Source: a bacterium
Lineage (GTDB): Bacteria; Hinthialibacterota; Hinthialibacteria; Hinthialibacterales; Hinthialibacteraceae
Direction: 5' to 3'
Assembly (NCBI GenBank): GCA_016125385.1
Contig: WGLV01000049.1
Coordinates: 1-59,151 of the forward strand
Length of the DNA: 59,151 nucleotides
This document shows, in pieces, positions 58,852 to 59,151 of this stretch (its first letter is position 1; each line of letters starts with the position of its first letter). The notes below the pieces were generated by a model. The model was given only the letters and a program-made list of their open reading frames with translations, was not told where the DNA came from and searched no databases. The translations under genes were made by a program, and so were the position numbers.

Positions 58852-59151
58852 ACGAGCGCGTTTTGTTCGTACAACCCCAATACTGGGCAGCTGGCACTGC
58901 CGGCCCAACGGGAGCGCTAAGTTCGCACAACCCAAAGACGGGCAGCCGGCACTGCCGACCGCGAATTCTCCCCCCGAAGACCGGGGGGAGTTAGTGGGGG
59001 GTTGAGCGTATTTTTCTATTGACATTACGCCCATCGCCCCCCTCTTCGCCTGAACTTTGAGGGAGATAGCGAATCTCGATCGCGCTTTCCTCAGCAACCG
59101 ACGGGAGCGCTAAGTTCGCACAACCCAAAGACGGGCAGCCGGCACTGCCGA
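58852..59151. repeat. 51-nt direct-repeat family (3 copies; last copy runs into window end)
   Basis: Identical 51-mers at 58908-58958 and 59101-59151. A degenerate copy (about 80% identity) at 58852-58904. A strong hairpin CTCCCCCCG-aagac-CGGGGGGAG lies between copies at 58968-58990. Confidence 0.5.

Noticed and set aside
58852-59151. Possible CRISPR array at the right edge
   Set aside because: Only three repeat copies are present. Spacing is 4 nt then 142 nt. The repeat unit (about 51 nt) and the gaps do not fit the regular 25-45-nt repeat / 26-72-nt spacer architecture, and no cas genes lie nearby. Reported as a generic repeat family instead.

Overview
The window is a gene-dense, GC-rich bacterial chromosomal segment, judged by eye, with short AT-rich patches at 1-760, 17280-17800, 38760-39026 and 47721-48169. 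Its content suggests a Planctomycetes/Verrucomicrobia/Lentisphaerae-type organism: two DUF1559-style prepilin-like proteins, a lamin-tail-CotH protein, many Sec/Tat-exported hydrolases, DUF1080 and TPR proteins. This is an inference from gene content only.

Features I can support:
- Housekeeping genes: trpF, mazG, an RmlD-like reductase, glutathione peroxidase, glnS directly followed by gltX, and a tRNA-Phe(GAA).
- A minus-strand cluster encoding a TPR protein, a PilB/GspE-like ATPase, PilT and a second PilB/GspE-like ATPase, sitting behind a large GT-C-like membrane protein.
- A PP2C phosphatase, and an SPFH-GT9-hypothetical operon.
- A five-gene operon of exported glycan or glycopeptide-processing enzymes (YdjC/ChbG deacetylase, glycosylasparaginase-type Ntn hydrolase, alpha/beta-hydrolase, DUF5060/DUF4038 hydrolase).
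- A chemoreceptor that combines a periplasmic CxxCH motif with a C-terminal bacteriohemerythrin domain.
- A His-rich CobT-fold protein next to an ArsB/NhaD-type permease.
- A translationally coupled operon: prepilin-like gene, then a Tat-exported LD-carboxypeptidase, then a cytoplasmic LD-carboxypeptidase. It is flanked by a beta-lactamase-family gene and a transglutaminase-like gene.

No CRISPR array, integrase or transposase is recognisable.

Best candidates for something new:
- The AT-rich left-edge island, whose ORF carries a HEPN-like Rx4H motif, next to an orphan radical-SAM/SPASM enzyme.
- The pseudopilin-LdcA-LdcA operon.
- The heme-c/hemerythrin chemoreceptor.
- The pilus-ATPase/GT-C block.
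- A repeat-rich non-coding right edge: a TTCGTG heptamer array plus a 51-nt repeat family that runs into the window end.

All functional calls come from motif reading by eye. None is a database hit.
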